A stretch of 64,000 bases of DNA from a bacterium (GTDB lineage Bacteria > Patescibacteriota > Patescibacteriia > JAGPKW01), in assembly GCA_021780535.1 (NCBI GenBank), contig JAJXYN010000009.1:303923-367922 (forward strand), in the 5' to 3' direction. A program made the translations under genes and the position numbers. Under the pieces are notes generated by a model. It was not told the DNA's origin. It saw nothing but the letters and a program-made list of their open reading frames with translations, and did not search any database. This document shows positions 10,247 to 19,773 of the stretch, piece by piece (the first letter of the stretch is position 1; the number at the start of each line of letters is the position of its first letter).

Positions 10247-11221
10247 TTATAAGATTATATTAAATAAATATCCTAAAATTATTATAAACAAACTAATTAA
10301 ACCAAAGAATATTAATAACAATTTCATCTTCATAACTTTCTTAAGAAGAATAGCTTCTGGTAACGATAAGCCAACTATAGCCATCATAAAAGCTAATGCT
10401 GTACCAATTGGAACTCCTTTTTGTATTAAAGCTTGAATTATAGGAAGAACCCCAGCTGCATTTGAATACATTGGTACACCTATTAGAACAGCAACGGGAA
10501 CGGCAAATGGATTATCTTTGCTTATATAATGCTCAAAAAATCCAGTAGGAACAAATCCATGTATTGCAGCTCCTATAGAAATACCTATTAAAATATATAA
10601 CAAAACCTTTTTTACAATAGATAGGGATTCTCTCAATATACTTGGTATATTTTTAAAAATAGTTCCTTTTTTTATTATTACTTGAGCTGCATTATTTTCT
10701 CTAATATTTTTTACAAAATCAGTAAGCTCATTTTCTAATTTTAATTTCCCAAGTACAAATCCACCAATAATTCCTAATAATATTGCAGATATTACATAAA
10801 TAGAGGTTATCCTTAATCCAAACATTCCAATGAACATTGCGACTGCGACTTCGTTTACTAGCGGAGATGTAATAAGGAATGAAAAAGTAACACCAAGAGG
10901 AATTCCGCCCTTAACAAACCCTATGAATAAAGGAATGGATGAGCAAGAACAAAACGGAGTTACTGCTCCAAATAGTGAAGCAATAATATATTCTAATCCA
11001 TATAACTTATTTTTAGATAAAAAATTCCTTACTTTTTCTACTGGAAAATAGAAATTAATAATACCCATTATAAAACTAATTATAAATAGAAGTATTATGA
11101 TTTTTATTGAATCATAAATAAAAAAATTTACAGAATTAGCTAGATTAGAATTCTTTATTAAATGAAATAGATTGTATGTTACTAAATCTGAAAAACTTTG
11201 TATTGGTTGAAATATATCCAT
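10247..11221 (-). CDS. ArsP-like permease (DUF318/YraQ family)
   Basis: VTPFCSCSSIP matches the conserved TPFCSCS motif of ArsP organoarsenical efflux permeases; 8+ TM helices. Confidence 0.7.
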   Translation of the reverse strand: MDIFQPIQSFSDLVTYNLFHLIKNSNLANSVNFFIYDSIKIIILLFIISFIMGIINFYFPVEKVRNFLSKNKLYGLEYIIASLFGAVTPFCSCSSIPLFIGFVKGGIPLGVTFSFLITSPLVNEVAVAMFIGMFGLRITSIYVISAILLGIIGGFVLGKLKLENELTDFVKNIRENNAAQVIIKKGTIFKNIPSILRESLSIVKKVLLYILIGISIGAAIHGFVPTGFFEHYISKDNPFAVPVAVLIGVPMYSNAAGVLPIIQALIQKGVPIGTALAFMMAIVGLSLPEAILLKKVMKMKLLLIFFGLISLFIIILGYLFNIIL

Positions 11222-11238
11222 AATATACTAATTATTTA

Positions 11239-11610
11239 TTAAGCAGCACCACCAGTGCCAGAGCATTTTCCTCCACAATCACATTGAGCAGTTTTATTAC
11301 AATCACAATCCTCACCACAATCAGATTTATCATCACAGCCACAACCCTTAAACTCAAAGTTATCTTTTACCGATTTTTCAACCATTTCTTTTAATTCTTC
11401 TTTTGATGGCAATACACCTACTAAAATTGGTTTATTATTTATGGCAAGCACTGGACTACTCATAACACCCATAGCTATTATTTCTGAAATATCTGTAACA
11501 TATTCAACATTTAACTCAAATCCTAATTCTTTTACCACTTCTTGTGTTAATTCATGTAATTTTTTACATTTTGCACAACCTGAACCTAAAACTTTTATTT
11601 TGATTTCCAT
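11239..11610 (-). CDS. Redox-active disulfide protein 2 (thioredoxin-fold, GCxKC) with Cys/Asp-rich C-terminal tail
   Basis: IKIKVLGSGCAKCKKL...VTDISEIIAMGVMSSPVLAINNK matches the small Trx-fold family found beside DUF318 permeases; C-terminal 40 aa carries nine Cys, eight of them in Cys-Asp/Asp-Cys pairs. Confidence 0.8.
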   Translation of the reverse strand: MEIKIKVLGSGCAKCKKLHELTQEVVKELGFELNVEYVTDISEIIAMGVMSSPVLAINNKPILVGVLPSKEELKEMVEKSVKDNFEFKGCGCDDKSDCGEDCDCNKTAQCDCGGKCSGTGGAA

Positions 11611-11617
11611 ATTTATT

Positions 11618-11929
11618 TTATTTAATACTTAAAAAACTATTTAATAATGATGAATACTTTTTAATAATATCTTTATTTAAAGAATAAAAAACTTTTAAAC
11701 CAACTTTATTTGATTTTAATAAATTAAAATATTTCATCACTCTTAAATGATGAGATATAAGGTTTTGGGGAATATCTAAAAACTCTTGTATTTCACATAC
11801 ACATCTTTCTTTGTTTTTAAGAAAGCATACTGTTTTTAATCTATTTTCTTCTGATATTATTTTTAGAAAATCTATCATTTCCGACATCTCTAAACTAATG
11901 TCTTTACAATTGAAACATTCTTTTTGCAT
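11618..11929 (-). CDS. arsR: ArsR/SmtB-family metalloregulator
   Basis: ERCVCEIQEFL (ELCVCD-type metal site) followed by HTH ...QNLISHHLRVMK. Confidence 0.85.
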   Translation of the reverse strand: MQKECFNCKDISLEMSEMIDFLKIISEENRLKTVCFLKNKERCVCEIQEFLDIPQNLISHHLRVMKYFNLLKSNKVGLKVFYSLNKDIIKKYSSLLNSFLSIK

Positions 11930-11943
11930 ATTATTAAGATAAG

Positions 11944-11965
11944 TATATCAATTTATATTGATATA
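11944..11965. promoter_or_regulatory. Putative ArsR operator (8-bp arms inverted repeat tatatcaa-N6-ttgatata) immediately upstream of arsR
   Basis: Perfect inverted repeat; identical element upstream of the second arsR paralog at 39038..39059. Confidence 0.55.
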
Positions 11966-12002
11966 GTATAACTTATTTTATAAATGGTCAAATGTTTATA
12001 AA

Positions 12003-13304
12003 TTAATTTTTAATTAAATTAATTTTCTTGTTTTTCATTATAAATTTATTCTTAAACATACCCATAAACTGTCTTTTTTCTTCTATAGAACCGTGGTTTA
12101 GTATAAACTTGGCATAATCTACTAAGTCTACCTTTCTATCGTTCATACCTCGTTCTACGTTGTTTATTTTAAGTACTTGTTTTTGTAGATGAGCAAATCT
12201 TTCCACTTCTATTCTTAACTTTTCTTTAATGTCTTCTTCTGGAATATCAATATCTTTTAGAAGTTTTATTATTTGCTCTATAAATTGTTCTTCTCTAATA
12301 TATCTATTACTACACTTAAGATCTTTTGTTCTATTACATCCATAGTAAATATATTTATTTACTCCACCATTTTTTAATTTCTTGTGTTTTTCCACCGCAC
12401 ATAAATTAGAGCTGCAATGACCACAAATCATAGAACCTAGAAAAGCAAACTCTTTTTCTCCATATTTGTAACTAGCTTTTCCTAATTTTATTTTTCTTTG
12501 AACGATTTCAAATAATTCTTTTGTAATTATTGGTTGATGATTTCCTTGGCACCAATTACCACTTCCTGCTGGATATTCAAACCATCCATAGTAAAATGGT
12601 CTACCAAGTAATATGTAGATATTTGCTAAAGACAGATTCTTACCACTTTTTGTTGTGAAATTTTGTTTTACAAACCAACTATGCAAAGCCCTACCAGAAT
12701 AGTTTTCATAAGCTACTTTCTCAAACGCTTGTTTGATTATTGGAGCTCTTTCAGGATCTGGAATTACTACTCCTGTTTTATTTTTTCTTTCATCATTAAG
12801 ATAGCCGATAGGAGCAACTCCTATCCAAAATCCTTTTGATGTTTTAATTTTCAAACCTCTTTTTACATTGATACTTTTATTATCATTCTCAAGTTTAGCC
12901 TGACCACCAAGTACTGCTAATAGAAATTTATCATTTGGTGTATTTTTAAAGTTTTGATTATACGTTCTTATTTCTTTAAGATAACTACCGTCTATTAAAT
13001 CTATAATACTTCCTAAATCTCCAGCATTTCTTGAAAGTCTATCAGTATTCCATGTTAGAATACCTTCGAATTTACCTTGTCTTAATTCTTTTATCATTTC
13101 ATTAAATATCGGCCTCTGACTTGAAGCTTTTGCAGAATGAGCCTCTTTTTTTATGCAAACCACATTAAGATTATCTCTTTCTGCTATTAAACTCATTTCA
13201 TTTTCTTGAGCTTCTATTGAAAGAGCCTGTTTTTCATCTTCTTCACTAGATTTTCTAGCATAAAGACAGTATCTAATTTCTGACGAAAACCCTTTGTTTT
13301 CCAT
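12003..13304 (-). CDS. Large serine recombinase (resolvase N-domain + recombinase domain + zinc ribbon)
   Basis: YARKSS (catalytic Ser region), RLSRN, recombinase-domain body and C-terminal CGHCSS...YYGC zinc ribbon. Confidence 0.85.
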   Translation of the reverse strand: MENKGFSSEIRYCLYARKSSEEDEKQALSIEAQENEMSLIAERDNLNVVCIKKEAHSAKASSQRPIFNEMIKELRQGKFEGILTWNTDRLSRNAGDLGSIIDLIDGSYLKEIRTYNQNFKNTPNDKFLLAVLGGQAKLENDNKSINVKRGLKIKTSKGFWIGVAPIGYLNDERKNKTGVVIPDPERAPIIKQAFEKVAYENYSGRALHSWFVKQNFTTKSGKNLSLANIYILLGRPFYYGWFEYPAGSGNWCQGNHQPIITKELFEIVQRKIKLGKASYKYGEKEFAFLGSMICGHCSSNLCAVEKHKKLKNGGVNKYIYYGCNRTKDLKCSNRYIREEQFIEQIIKLLKDIDIPEEDIKEKLRIEVERFAHLQKQVLKINNVERGMNDRKVDLVDYAKFILNHGSIEEKRQFMGMFKNKFIMKNKKINLIKN

Positions 13305-13398
13305 ATATTTATCATTAATTTGTTATCTATACACATTAATGACGCAACCCATCTAGTGCGTCTAGGATGAGCTGTTGGTAAGTAGTTGGTAAATAAAA
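13305..13398. repeat. Conserved right-end sequence of recombinase modules (near-identical to 34199..34291), containing candidate recombination site gttatctatacacattaatgacgcaa with internal inverted repeat gacgca-N10-tgcgtc
   Basis: Only 3 mismatches to the module-B copy across the ~94-bp block, three over ~25 bp near its 3' end, then identity ends abruptly; a variant of the core (tttgttatctatatacattaatgacgcaa) at 30770..30800. Confidence 0.6.
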
Positions 13399-13424
13399 AA
13401 AGATACAATTAATGTACCTTCTTT

Positions 13425-15797
13425 TTATTTATAAAGTTTTACTTTTGGATTATTTCTATACTTATTATAATCAAACCATTTTCTCATTATTATATATTGT
13501 ATTAGTCCAAAAAACATTATTATACCTATCGTTTCAATTGCTTTTATTGGTTCTAATGGTTTTATGTCGAAGAAATGTGATAATGGAGCATTATACATTA
13601 CAAATAATAAAAATATTATAATTATAAATGCAAATAAATATAATGCTTTCTTTTCTTTTTTATCACTTGAGGCGCCATAAGCTTTTGGCGCTAACATAAA
13701 AAACCAATATCCCAAAGCTATAATCACAATAACTACATAACTATTTGAACCATCTAGTTTATAATTAACAGGGCTTAATGCAAATGTAATTATTGATGCA
13801 ATTGCTATTATTACACTGTTTATTGCACAGAATGGTAATATTTTTTTAAAAAATAATTGTTGTGGATTTGCTCCTTCTTTATGTGCTGGAAATAACCCCC
13901 AATAAAGAAATGGGATAAATACAGTACAAACATTTATAATTGTTATATTTCTTGGAGACATTGGGTATGTAAAACCTAAAAGAGATACCCCGACAAACAA
14001 TAAAAACCCTATCATTACTTTATTTAGAAAAATACTTGTAACTAGTTCTATGTTTGTAATAATTGTTTCAGCCATATTAACCCCAATAGGCAATGCGGCA
14101 AAGCTATTGTTCATTAATACTATCTGCGCTATTTGTCTTGTAGCCCCAGCGCCATTAAACATTGCTATACCTAAGTCTGATTTTTTTATAGCTAGGGCGT
14201 CGTTTGCTCCATCTCCAACCATTGCTGTGAATCCTTTTGTTTTTAATATTTCTACTATTTTTTCTTTTTGATCTGGAGTTATTCTTGCAAATATATTACA
14301 GTTTTCTATTTTTTTCTCTAATTTTTCATTACTCCATTTTTTTATTTCCGGCCCAGTTATTATTAATTCTGTATTTTTAATTCCAGCTTCACAAGCTATT
14401 GCTCTTACTGTTTCTGGATTATCACCAGATATTACTCTTATATTAACACCTCTTTTTTGAAAGAAATTTATGATATTTTTTGTCCCGTGTCTTAATGGAT
14501 TATCTAAAACAAACAATCCTAATGGTTCTATTGATTCTTTAGAAAGTTTTTTAGAATGCAAGATTGGCTTTTGTGTTCTTGCTATAAGAACTAAACGCTT
14601 TGCTTTTGGTGTATAAAAATTAATTTTATCTTGAAGCCAATCACGTTTTTCTTTTGTATTTATGTAAGATAATAAAATATCTGGAGCACCAACCACTAAC
14701 GATACATTGCTTTTATTTATTTTTATTGTTGCGTGACCATATTTATATTGTGAAGAAAATGGTAAAAGACTAATTAACTCTGCTGTTACTTTTTTTGTTA
14801 TAACTTTTTTTACTATAGCCCTCATAGTTTCGGTGCCATCTTCTGTTAATCTTACATATTCTTTTATAAGTGTTGATATATAAGATATTTTTTCTTTTCC
14901 GAATACCTCTATCTTTTCTAAGTGTGGTGTATTTTCTGTTAATGTACCTGTTTTATCAACGCAAAGATTTTTTATTCTTCCCAACTTTTCTGTTGCGTTA
15001 ATCTCTTGTAATAATACTTGCTCTTTAAACATTTTAAGTGCTCCATATGCAAAGAATATAGTTATAGAAAGAATAAGGCCTTGTGGTACTAATGTACTTG
15101 TTAGTGTTGCTATATCTTTAACTATAGAAACAAAAAGATCATTTATTGAAAGTCCATATATTACTATATACGCAACTGTTACAAGTAATAAATATGTCAT
15201 GTACTTAATAAAAGTACTAAGAGTTTTTTGTATTGGACTTAAGTTTAAAGAATACTTTTTAATTTCTTCTGTCATTCCTGAGATATAACTTTCTTTTGGT
15301 GTTGCTATAACTTTTATAATACCAAATCCAGCAGTGACTATACTTCCTGCTAATATTTCATTGTTTTTGTGTTTTAATATACTTCTAGATTCTCCGGTGA
15401 TTAAAGCTTCATTGGTTGCTAAACCATAATTTTCTATTAATACACCATCTGCTGGTACTTGATCACCAAGCTTAATTTTTAATTTATCCCCGTTACAAAT
15501 TTTACTTATTGGAATTAAAATTTCATTTCCTTTTTTATCTATTAATGTAGCTTGTGGGGTCATTAGTAATTGTAGTTTTTCAAGTGCTATTTTAGCTCTT
15601 AATTCTTGAAAAATACCTATAACTATATTAAGTATAAAAACTATAGATAAAAACAATGCGTCACGATATTCTTTAAAATAAAACAATAATGAGATTACAA
15701 TAGAGAATAAAAGATTAACCAGAGTAATAAAATTTCTGAATATTACGGGCTTAATATTTTTTATAATCAAATTATATATAGAAGAATCGTTTGACAT
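13425..15797 (-). CDS. Cation-transporting P-type ATPase (P2-type, Ca2+/Mg2+-ATPase-like)
   Basis: TGES, DKTGTLTEN, VGAPD, MVGDGANDALAIKKSDLGIAM; no N-terminal metal-binding domain or CPC. Confidence 0.8.
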   Translation of the reverse strand: MSNDSSIYNLIIKNIKPVIFRNFITLVNLLFSIVISLLFYFKEYRDALFLSIVFILNIVIGIFQELRAKIALEKLQLLMTPQATLIDKKGNEILIPISKICNGDKLKIKLGDQVPADGVLIENYGLATNEALITGESRSILKHKNNEILAGSIVTAGFGIIKVIATPKESYISGMTEEIKKYSLNLSPIQKTLSTFIKYMTYLLLVTVAYIVIYGLSINDLFVSIVKDIATLTSTLVPQGLILSITIFFAYGALKMFKEQVLLQEINATEKLGRIKNLCVDKTGTLTENTPHLEKIEVFGKEKISYISTLIKEYVRLTEDGTETMRAIVKKVITKKVTAELISLLPFSSQYKYGHATIKINKSNVSLVVGAPDILLSYINTKEKRDWLQDKINFYTPKAKRLVLIARTQKPILHSKKLSKESIEPLGLFVLDNPLRHGTKNIINFFQKRGVNIRVISGDNPETVRAIACEAGIKNTELIITGPEIKKWSNEKLEKKIENCNIFARITPDQKEKIVEILKTKGFTAMVGDGANDALAIKKSDLGIAMFNGAGATRQIAQIVLMNNSFAALPIGVNMAETIITNIELVTSIFLNKVMIGFLLFVGVSLLGFTYPMSPRNITIINVCTVFIPFLYWGLFPAHKEGANPQQLFFKKILPFCAINSVIIAIASIITFALSPVNYKLDGSNSYVVIVIIALGYWFFMLAPKAYGASSDKKEKKALYLFAFIIIIFLLFVMYNAPLSHFFDIKPLEPIKAIETIGIIMFFGLIQYIIMRKWFDYNKYRNNPKVKLYK

Positions 15798-15923
15798 TAT
15801 TTATTTAAAACCTTTTATTTTATAGATATATTCTATAAGTAAAAAGACTTACTGTCTATTTGTTATTGGAATATTTTATATCTATGATATTATATAAAAA
15901 TTATTTTAATATATTATTATATT

Positions 15924-16664
15924 ATGAAAAAATTAAATTTACTTTTTAAAACATTAATAATTGTAAGCATCGTAGTTATTATAAAACTAGTTTTTCATTA
16001 TTTTAAAATAGAATTAATTTCTATAAACCCTTTATTTTCAGGGATAATAACAGCTAATGTATTTCTTTTAGGATTTCTTTTAACTGGTGTTCTTAGTGAT
16101 TATAAAGAATCTGAAAAATTACCAGGAGAGCTAGCTTCTTCTATTGAAGCAATTAAGGATGAAGTATCTATAATTTATAAAGCAAAAAATTCTGAAAATG
16201 CTAAAAAATGTTTAGAAGATTTAAAAATATTAACTATTTCTATAAAAGACTGGTTTCATAAAAAAGAGAAGATTTCTGAAATTCAAATAGAGTTATCAAA
16301 TTTTAATAATTATTTTCTTGAGTTTGAAAAAGAAACTCAAGCAAATTTTATAACTAGAATGAAGCAAGAACAAAATAATATTAGAAAATCTCTTACCAGA
16401 ATACACACCATAAGAGATACTAATTTTATATCATCTGGTTATTTAATAGCTAAAACAACAACATTTGCTTTGGTGTTTGGTTTAATTTTATCAAAAATAG
16501 AACCATTTTATGAATCATTGTTTTTTATGGGTGTTATAGTTTTTATGCTTGTATTTATGTTAAATTTAATAAAAGACTTGGATAATCCTTTTTCTTATTA
16601 TGAGAAAGATGCTGTAGAAGAAGTATCTCTTTATCCATTAAACAATTTAATAGATAGATGGTAG
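15924..16664 (+). CDS. Hypothetical membrane protein
   Basis: Several predicted TM helices; no motif. Confidence 0.35.
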   Translation: MKKLNLLFKTLIIVSIVVIIKLVFHYFKIELISINPLFSGIITANVFLLGFLLTGVLSDYKESEKLPGELASSIEAIKDEVSIIYKAKNSENAKKCLEDLKILTISIKDWFHKKEKISEIQIELSNFNNYFLEFEKETQANFITRMKQEQNNIRKSLTRIHTIRDTNFISSGYLIAKTTTFALVFGLILSKIEPFYESLFFMGVIVFMLVFMLNLIKDLDNPFSYYEKDAVEEVSLYPLNNLIDRW

Positions 16665-16721
16665 ATTAAAACACATAATTAACCACAAACAAAAACAGAC
16701 CAAATAAGGTCTGTTTTTAAA

Positions 16722-17009
16722 TTAAATTTTATCCCCACATCCTGGACAAAATTTAGACCCAGAAGTGATCTCTATGCCACAATTTTGGCAAAGCACTTTT
16801 TGATTTAATTGATTTCCGCAATTTTGACAAAATTTTGCATTAGAATTATTTATATATTCATTACATTTATTACAATTAAATCCATTATTATGATTATTAT
16901 TTTCATAATAGTCATCATCTTCGTCTTCTTCATTATGATTTCCTCTGTTGTTGCCGTTTCTATTATTTTTTCCTTCAAAAGCATCAAAAATATTTTCTAA
17001 AAAATCCAT
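16722..17009 (-). CDS. Double zinc-ribbon protein
   Basis: CNKCNEY..CQNCG and CQNCG..CPGCG paired CxxC motifs. Confidence 0.5.
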   Translation of the reverse strand: MDFLENIFDAFEGKNNRNGNNRGNHNEEDEDDDYYENNNHNNGFNCNKCNEYINNSNAKFCQNCGNQLNQKVLCQNCGIEITSGSKFCPGCGDKI

Positions 17010-17051
17010 GTTTATAAATTAATGATTAAAGATAGTTTGTTCTAATAATTG

Positions 17052-18155
17052 CTAATCATTATTAGATTCTGCATTATTTTTATCTAATTCTGTATTAACA
17101 GGTTTTTCTTCCTGTTTTTGTTCTTCTTTTTTATTATCTTCAATTTTTATTTCTGGTGGTTGTATATCTGGTTTATCTTGCTCTTTTGTTGGAATTATAT
17201 CCTGATTATTTGTGTTAATGGTATTACTATCTATATTCTGATTTTCATTTATTTTTTCGTTATTATTTTCTTTGATGTCTATTTTTTCCTGTTCTGCATT
17301 GTCTATAGTATCTGCATGATTATTTTCTTTTTCGTTTTTAGAATTATCGGATTTTTTTACATCTTCTACTTTATTATCTTCTGAATTTATATCTTTTGCT
17401 TCTTTATTATTATCATCATTATTTTCAATATTTAATTTGTTTGTATCATCTTTTTGGCTTTCTTCATTCATATCTTCTTGTTCTATTGTTGGAGTTATTT
17501 CATCTATAGCTTTTATTGTTTCTTGCAATATCTCTTTGTCTATTTTTGGATTACTTTCTAATTTTTCTCTATCCTGTTTAATTTCATTAAAGATTTTATT
17601 TTGTTTTATTTTCTTTTCTATAAATATCTTTACTGCCACTTTTTTTTGTTTTTCATCTTTTATATTTGATATTTCTGTATTTATTTTGTTATTTAGTTTT
17701 GATATTTCAAGTATTGTGTTTGCTATTGCTGAATTATATGAATTGTTATCTTCTGCATAAGCTATGTTAATTAAAGAAATTTGTTTGTTTAATTTGTTAA
17801 AATTTTTATTTTTTAAATATTCAACTTCAGCAACTCTTTTATCTATCAATACTGAATAATATTTTACTTTTGATAAACCTGTTTTTGTTTGAGATATTAC
17901 ATTTTCAATTCCTGTTTTTACGCCATAAAAAGGAGTGCCAAATGTTATAGAATTTGAATTGTATGAATAAATTGTAGATGTTGTTAAAACGATCAATAAT
18001 AGACCAACTATTGCTGGTTTTAATACGTAATTAAATTTAAATATATTTAAGTGCTTAAAATATAATTTAAAAAACATTCTAAAGTCTCTTAATGGACTTA
18101 AGTTTCTCTTAGAAATTTTATTCAATTTTTCAATTAACTCAATTTCTTTTTTCAT
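17052..18155 (-). CDS. Membrane protein co-transcribed with ECF sigma (putative anti-sigma factor) with acidic low-complexity C-terminus
   Basis: 4-nt overlap with upstream sigma gene; single TM (IVGLLLIVLTTSTIY); long D/E/N/K-rich tail. Confidence 0.4.
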   Translation of the reverse strand: MKKEIELIEKLNKISKRNLSPLRDFRMFFKLYFKHLNIFKFNYVLKPAIVGLLLIVLTTSTIYSYNSNSITFGTPFYGVKTGIENVISQTKTGLSKVKYYSVLIDKRVAEVEYLKNKNFNKLNKQISLINIAYAEDNNSYNSAIANTILEISKLNNKINTEISNIKDEKQKKVAVKIFIEKKIKQNKIFNEIKQDREKLESNPKIDKEILQETIKAIDEITPTIEQEDMNEESQKDDTNKLNIENNDDNNKEAKDINSEDNKVEDVKKSDNSKNEKENNHADTIDNAEQEKIDIKENNNEKINENQNIDSNTINTNNQDIIPTKEQDKPDIQPPEIKIEDNKKEEQKQEEKPVNTELDKNNAESNND

Positions 18156-18670
18156 GTCTTTTGGTTTATTATATCTTTCAAGTTTTTAAGAGCTCTTGAA
18201 ACTCCTGTTCTTATTGCAATTTTATTCTTCTTTAATACTTGCTCCATTTCTTCATATTCTAAATCATCAAAAAACTTGAGAGCTATTAAATATTGATCTG
18301 TTTTGTTTAATTGTTTTATTGCTTCTTTTAAACTTTCTATTGATGTTTTTGTGTCTATTAAATTATTTAAAAAATCTTTATCATCTACATGCACTTTACT
18401 ATCAATATTTTCATCAATATCATCAATTATTAACAATTCTTTACTTTTTCTAAAATAATCTACTAGATGATTGTGTGCCACCTTATATATCCAAACTTTA
18501 ATATTGTTTTCATTTTGTATTGAATCTATTTTGTCTATTACTTTTTCAAATACATCTTCTGTTAAATCTTCTGATAATTCTTTATCAAAATTTGTTCTAA
18601 ATAAAAAATAATTAAAGATATTACCTTTGAATTCGTTGTATATTGATGTGAATTTTATAAAATCAGACAT
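18152..18670 (-). CDS. ECF-type sigma-70 family sigma factor
   Basis: Region 2 (DLTEDVFEKV...WIYKVAHNHLVDYFRK) and region 4 HTH (EMEQVLKKNKIAIRTGVSRALKNLK). Confidence 0.7.
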   Translation of the reverse strand: MSDFIKFTSIYNEFKGNIFNYFLFRTNFDKELSEDLTEDVFEKVIDKIDSIQNENNIKVWIYKVAHNHLVDYFRKSKELLIIDDIDENIDSKVHVDDKDFLNNLIDTKTSIESLKEAIKQLNKTDQYLIALKFFDDLEYEEMEQVLKKNKIAIRTGVSRALKNLKDIINQKT

Positions 18671-18738
18671 ATTTTATTTATTCTCAAATTAAGAGACGTA
18701 TTACTTAATAATTTATTACATTTTTTAATAAAAAGCTA

Positions 18739-18781
18739 TATGTAATATTTTTTTATGATATTCGTATCTTTATACGTAAGA
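18739..18781 (+). promoter_or_regulatory. 42-bp promoter-like repeat, copy 1 (atgtaatattttt...attCGTAtc)
   Basis: Direct repeat of copy at 18858..18899; contains GTAAT...N16...CGTA resembling ECF (SigW-type) -35/-10. Confidence 0.35.
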
Positions 18782-18857
18782 CAAAAAATTTGTTAGCTTA
18801 ATAATAGACTAGCATAATGGCCCGTAATGGGCTTATTTATTATATAAATAATAAATA

Positions 18858-18899
18858 TGTAATGTTTTTAAAAGATATTCGTCTCTTTATGTGTAAGAA
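18858..18899 (+). promoter_or_regulatory. 42-bp promoter-like repeat, copy 2
   Basis: ~80% identical to copy 1, ~57 nt upstream of 18956 start. Confidence 0.35.
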
Positions 18900-18955
18900 T
18901 TTTAAATAACTAAAGGTCGGAAATAAATTTTAAATAATAATTAACTAAAATCAAT

Positions 18956-19759
18956 ATGAAAACAAACAAAATATTAGTTCCAGCTTTAATGCTTTCACTT
19001 TTTGTAACTCCTTATGTTTTTGCTGAAGATAATAACAATATTCAAAATAACGATAATCAAAATAATATTGGAGTAAGTGAAAATCAAGACAAACAAGATA
19101 ATAATGAATCATTAAAACAACAACGAGAAAGAAATAGAGAACAAAATAAACAAGAGCAGGAAAGAATCAGAGAACAAAATAAACAAGATTTAGAACAACA
19201 AGATGAGCAAGATGATAATGAGCAAGATCAAGAAGATAACGAAGATCAAAACATTGTAAAACAATTAGATAATTCAAATGATTTTAATTATGTTGATTCT
19301 TTAAAAATTGATAAAAATAATATAAATAAATATAGTGATGTAGTTTTGATGCTTAATAATTTTAAAGATGTGTTAGTAAAAATAAAGGATGCTACAAACA
19401 TTCAATCATCTATAGACTCTAGCTTAACAGATGCTGAAAAGGCATTATTAGGTCAATTGGTTTCTCAAAATAAGAATATATTTAGCGAGACAACAAAAAA
19501 CATTGATGAATTAAACTCATATATAGATCAATATGTTAAATTACTAACTCCACTTGGTGATGCCAATATTTCTAAGTATATAAAAGGATATTTACTATCA
19601 GAATTAAATAATATGAAAGATTTGATAAGTAACGAGCAAGACTTAGCAAAAGAAGCTATTAATTCTGTAATGTACGCTCCAGTGCCTGTAAGTACAACAA
19701 CATCTACTATACCAGCAACATCTAGCTCATCAACTTCTACAACTACAACAACTAACTAA
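18956..19759 (+). CDS. Secreted low-complexity protein (Q/N/E-rich repeats, S/T-rich C-terminus)
   Basis: Signal peptide MKTNKILVPALMLSLFVTPYVFA; REQNKQEQERIREQNKQ repeats. Confidence 0.5.
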   Translation: MKTNKILVPALMLSLFVTPYVFAEDNNNIQNNDNQNNIGVSENQDKQDNNESLKQQRERNREQNKQEQERIREQNKQDLEQQDEQDDNEQDQEDNEDQNIVKQLDNSNDFNYVDSLKIDKNNINKYSDVVLMLNNFKDVLVKIKDATNIQSSIDSSLTDAEKALLGQLVSQNKNIFSETTKNIDELNSYIDQYVKLLTPLGDANISKYIKGYLLSELNNMKDLISNEQDLAKEAINSVMYAPVPVSTTTSTIPATSSSSTSTTTTTN

Positions 19760-19773
19760 TAAATTATAAATAT

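Larger units (their letters stand above)
8672..13398. mobile_element. Recombinase module A (flank repeat + thiol/metalloid-resistance cargo + large serine recombinase + conserved right end)
   Basis: Same left-end and right-end sequences as module B (31021..34291) but different cargo; directly abuts tRNA-Ser. Confidence 0.5.

Noticed and set aside
12003-13304. IS607-type insertion sequence (serine recombinase TnpA)
   Set aside because: The protein is 433 aa with recombinase domain and zinc ribbon (large serine recombinase class). No TnpB partner is present, and the conserved module includes kilobases of cargo.
17118-17760. Plus-strand ORFs 17118..17384 and 17437..17760 (Phe/Ile-rich)
   Set aside because: Antisense to the acidic low-complexity tail of the anti-sigma-like gene. 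Composition artefact.
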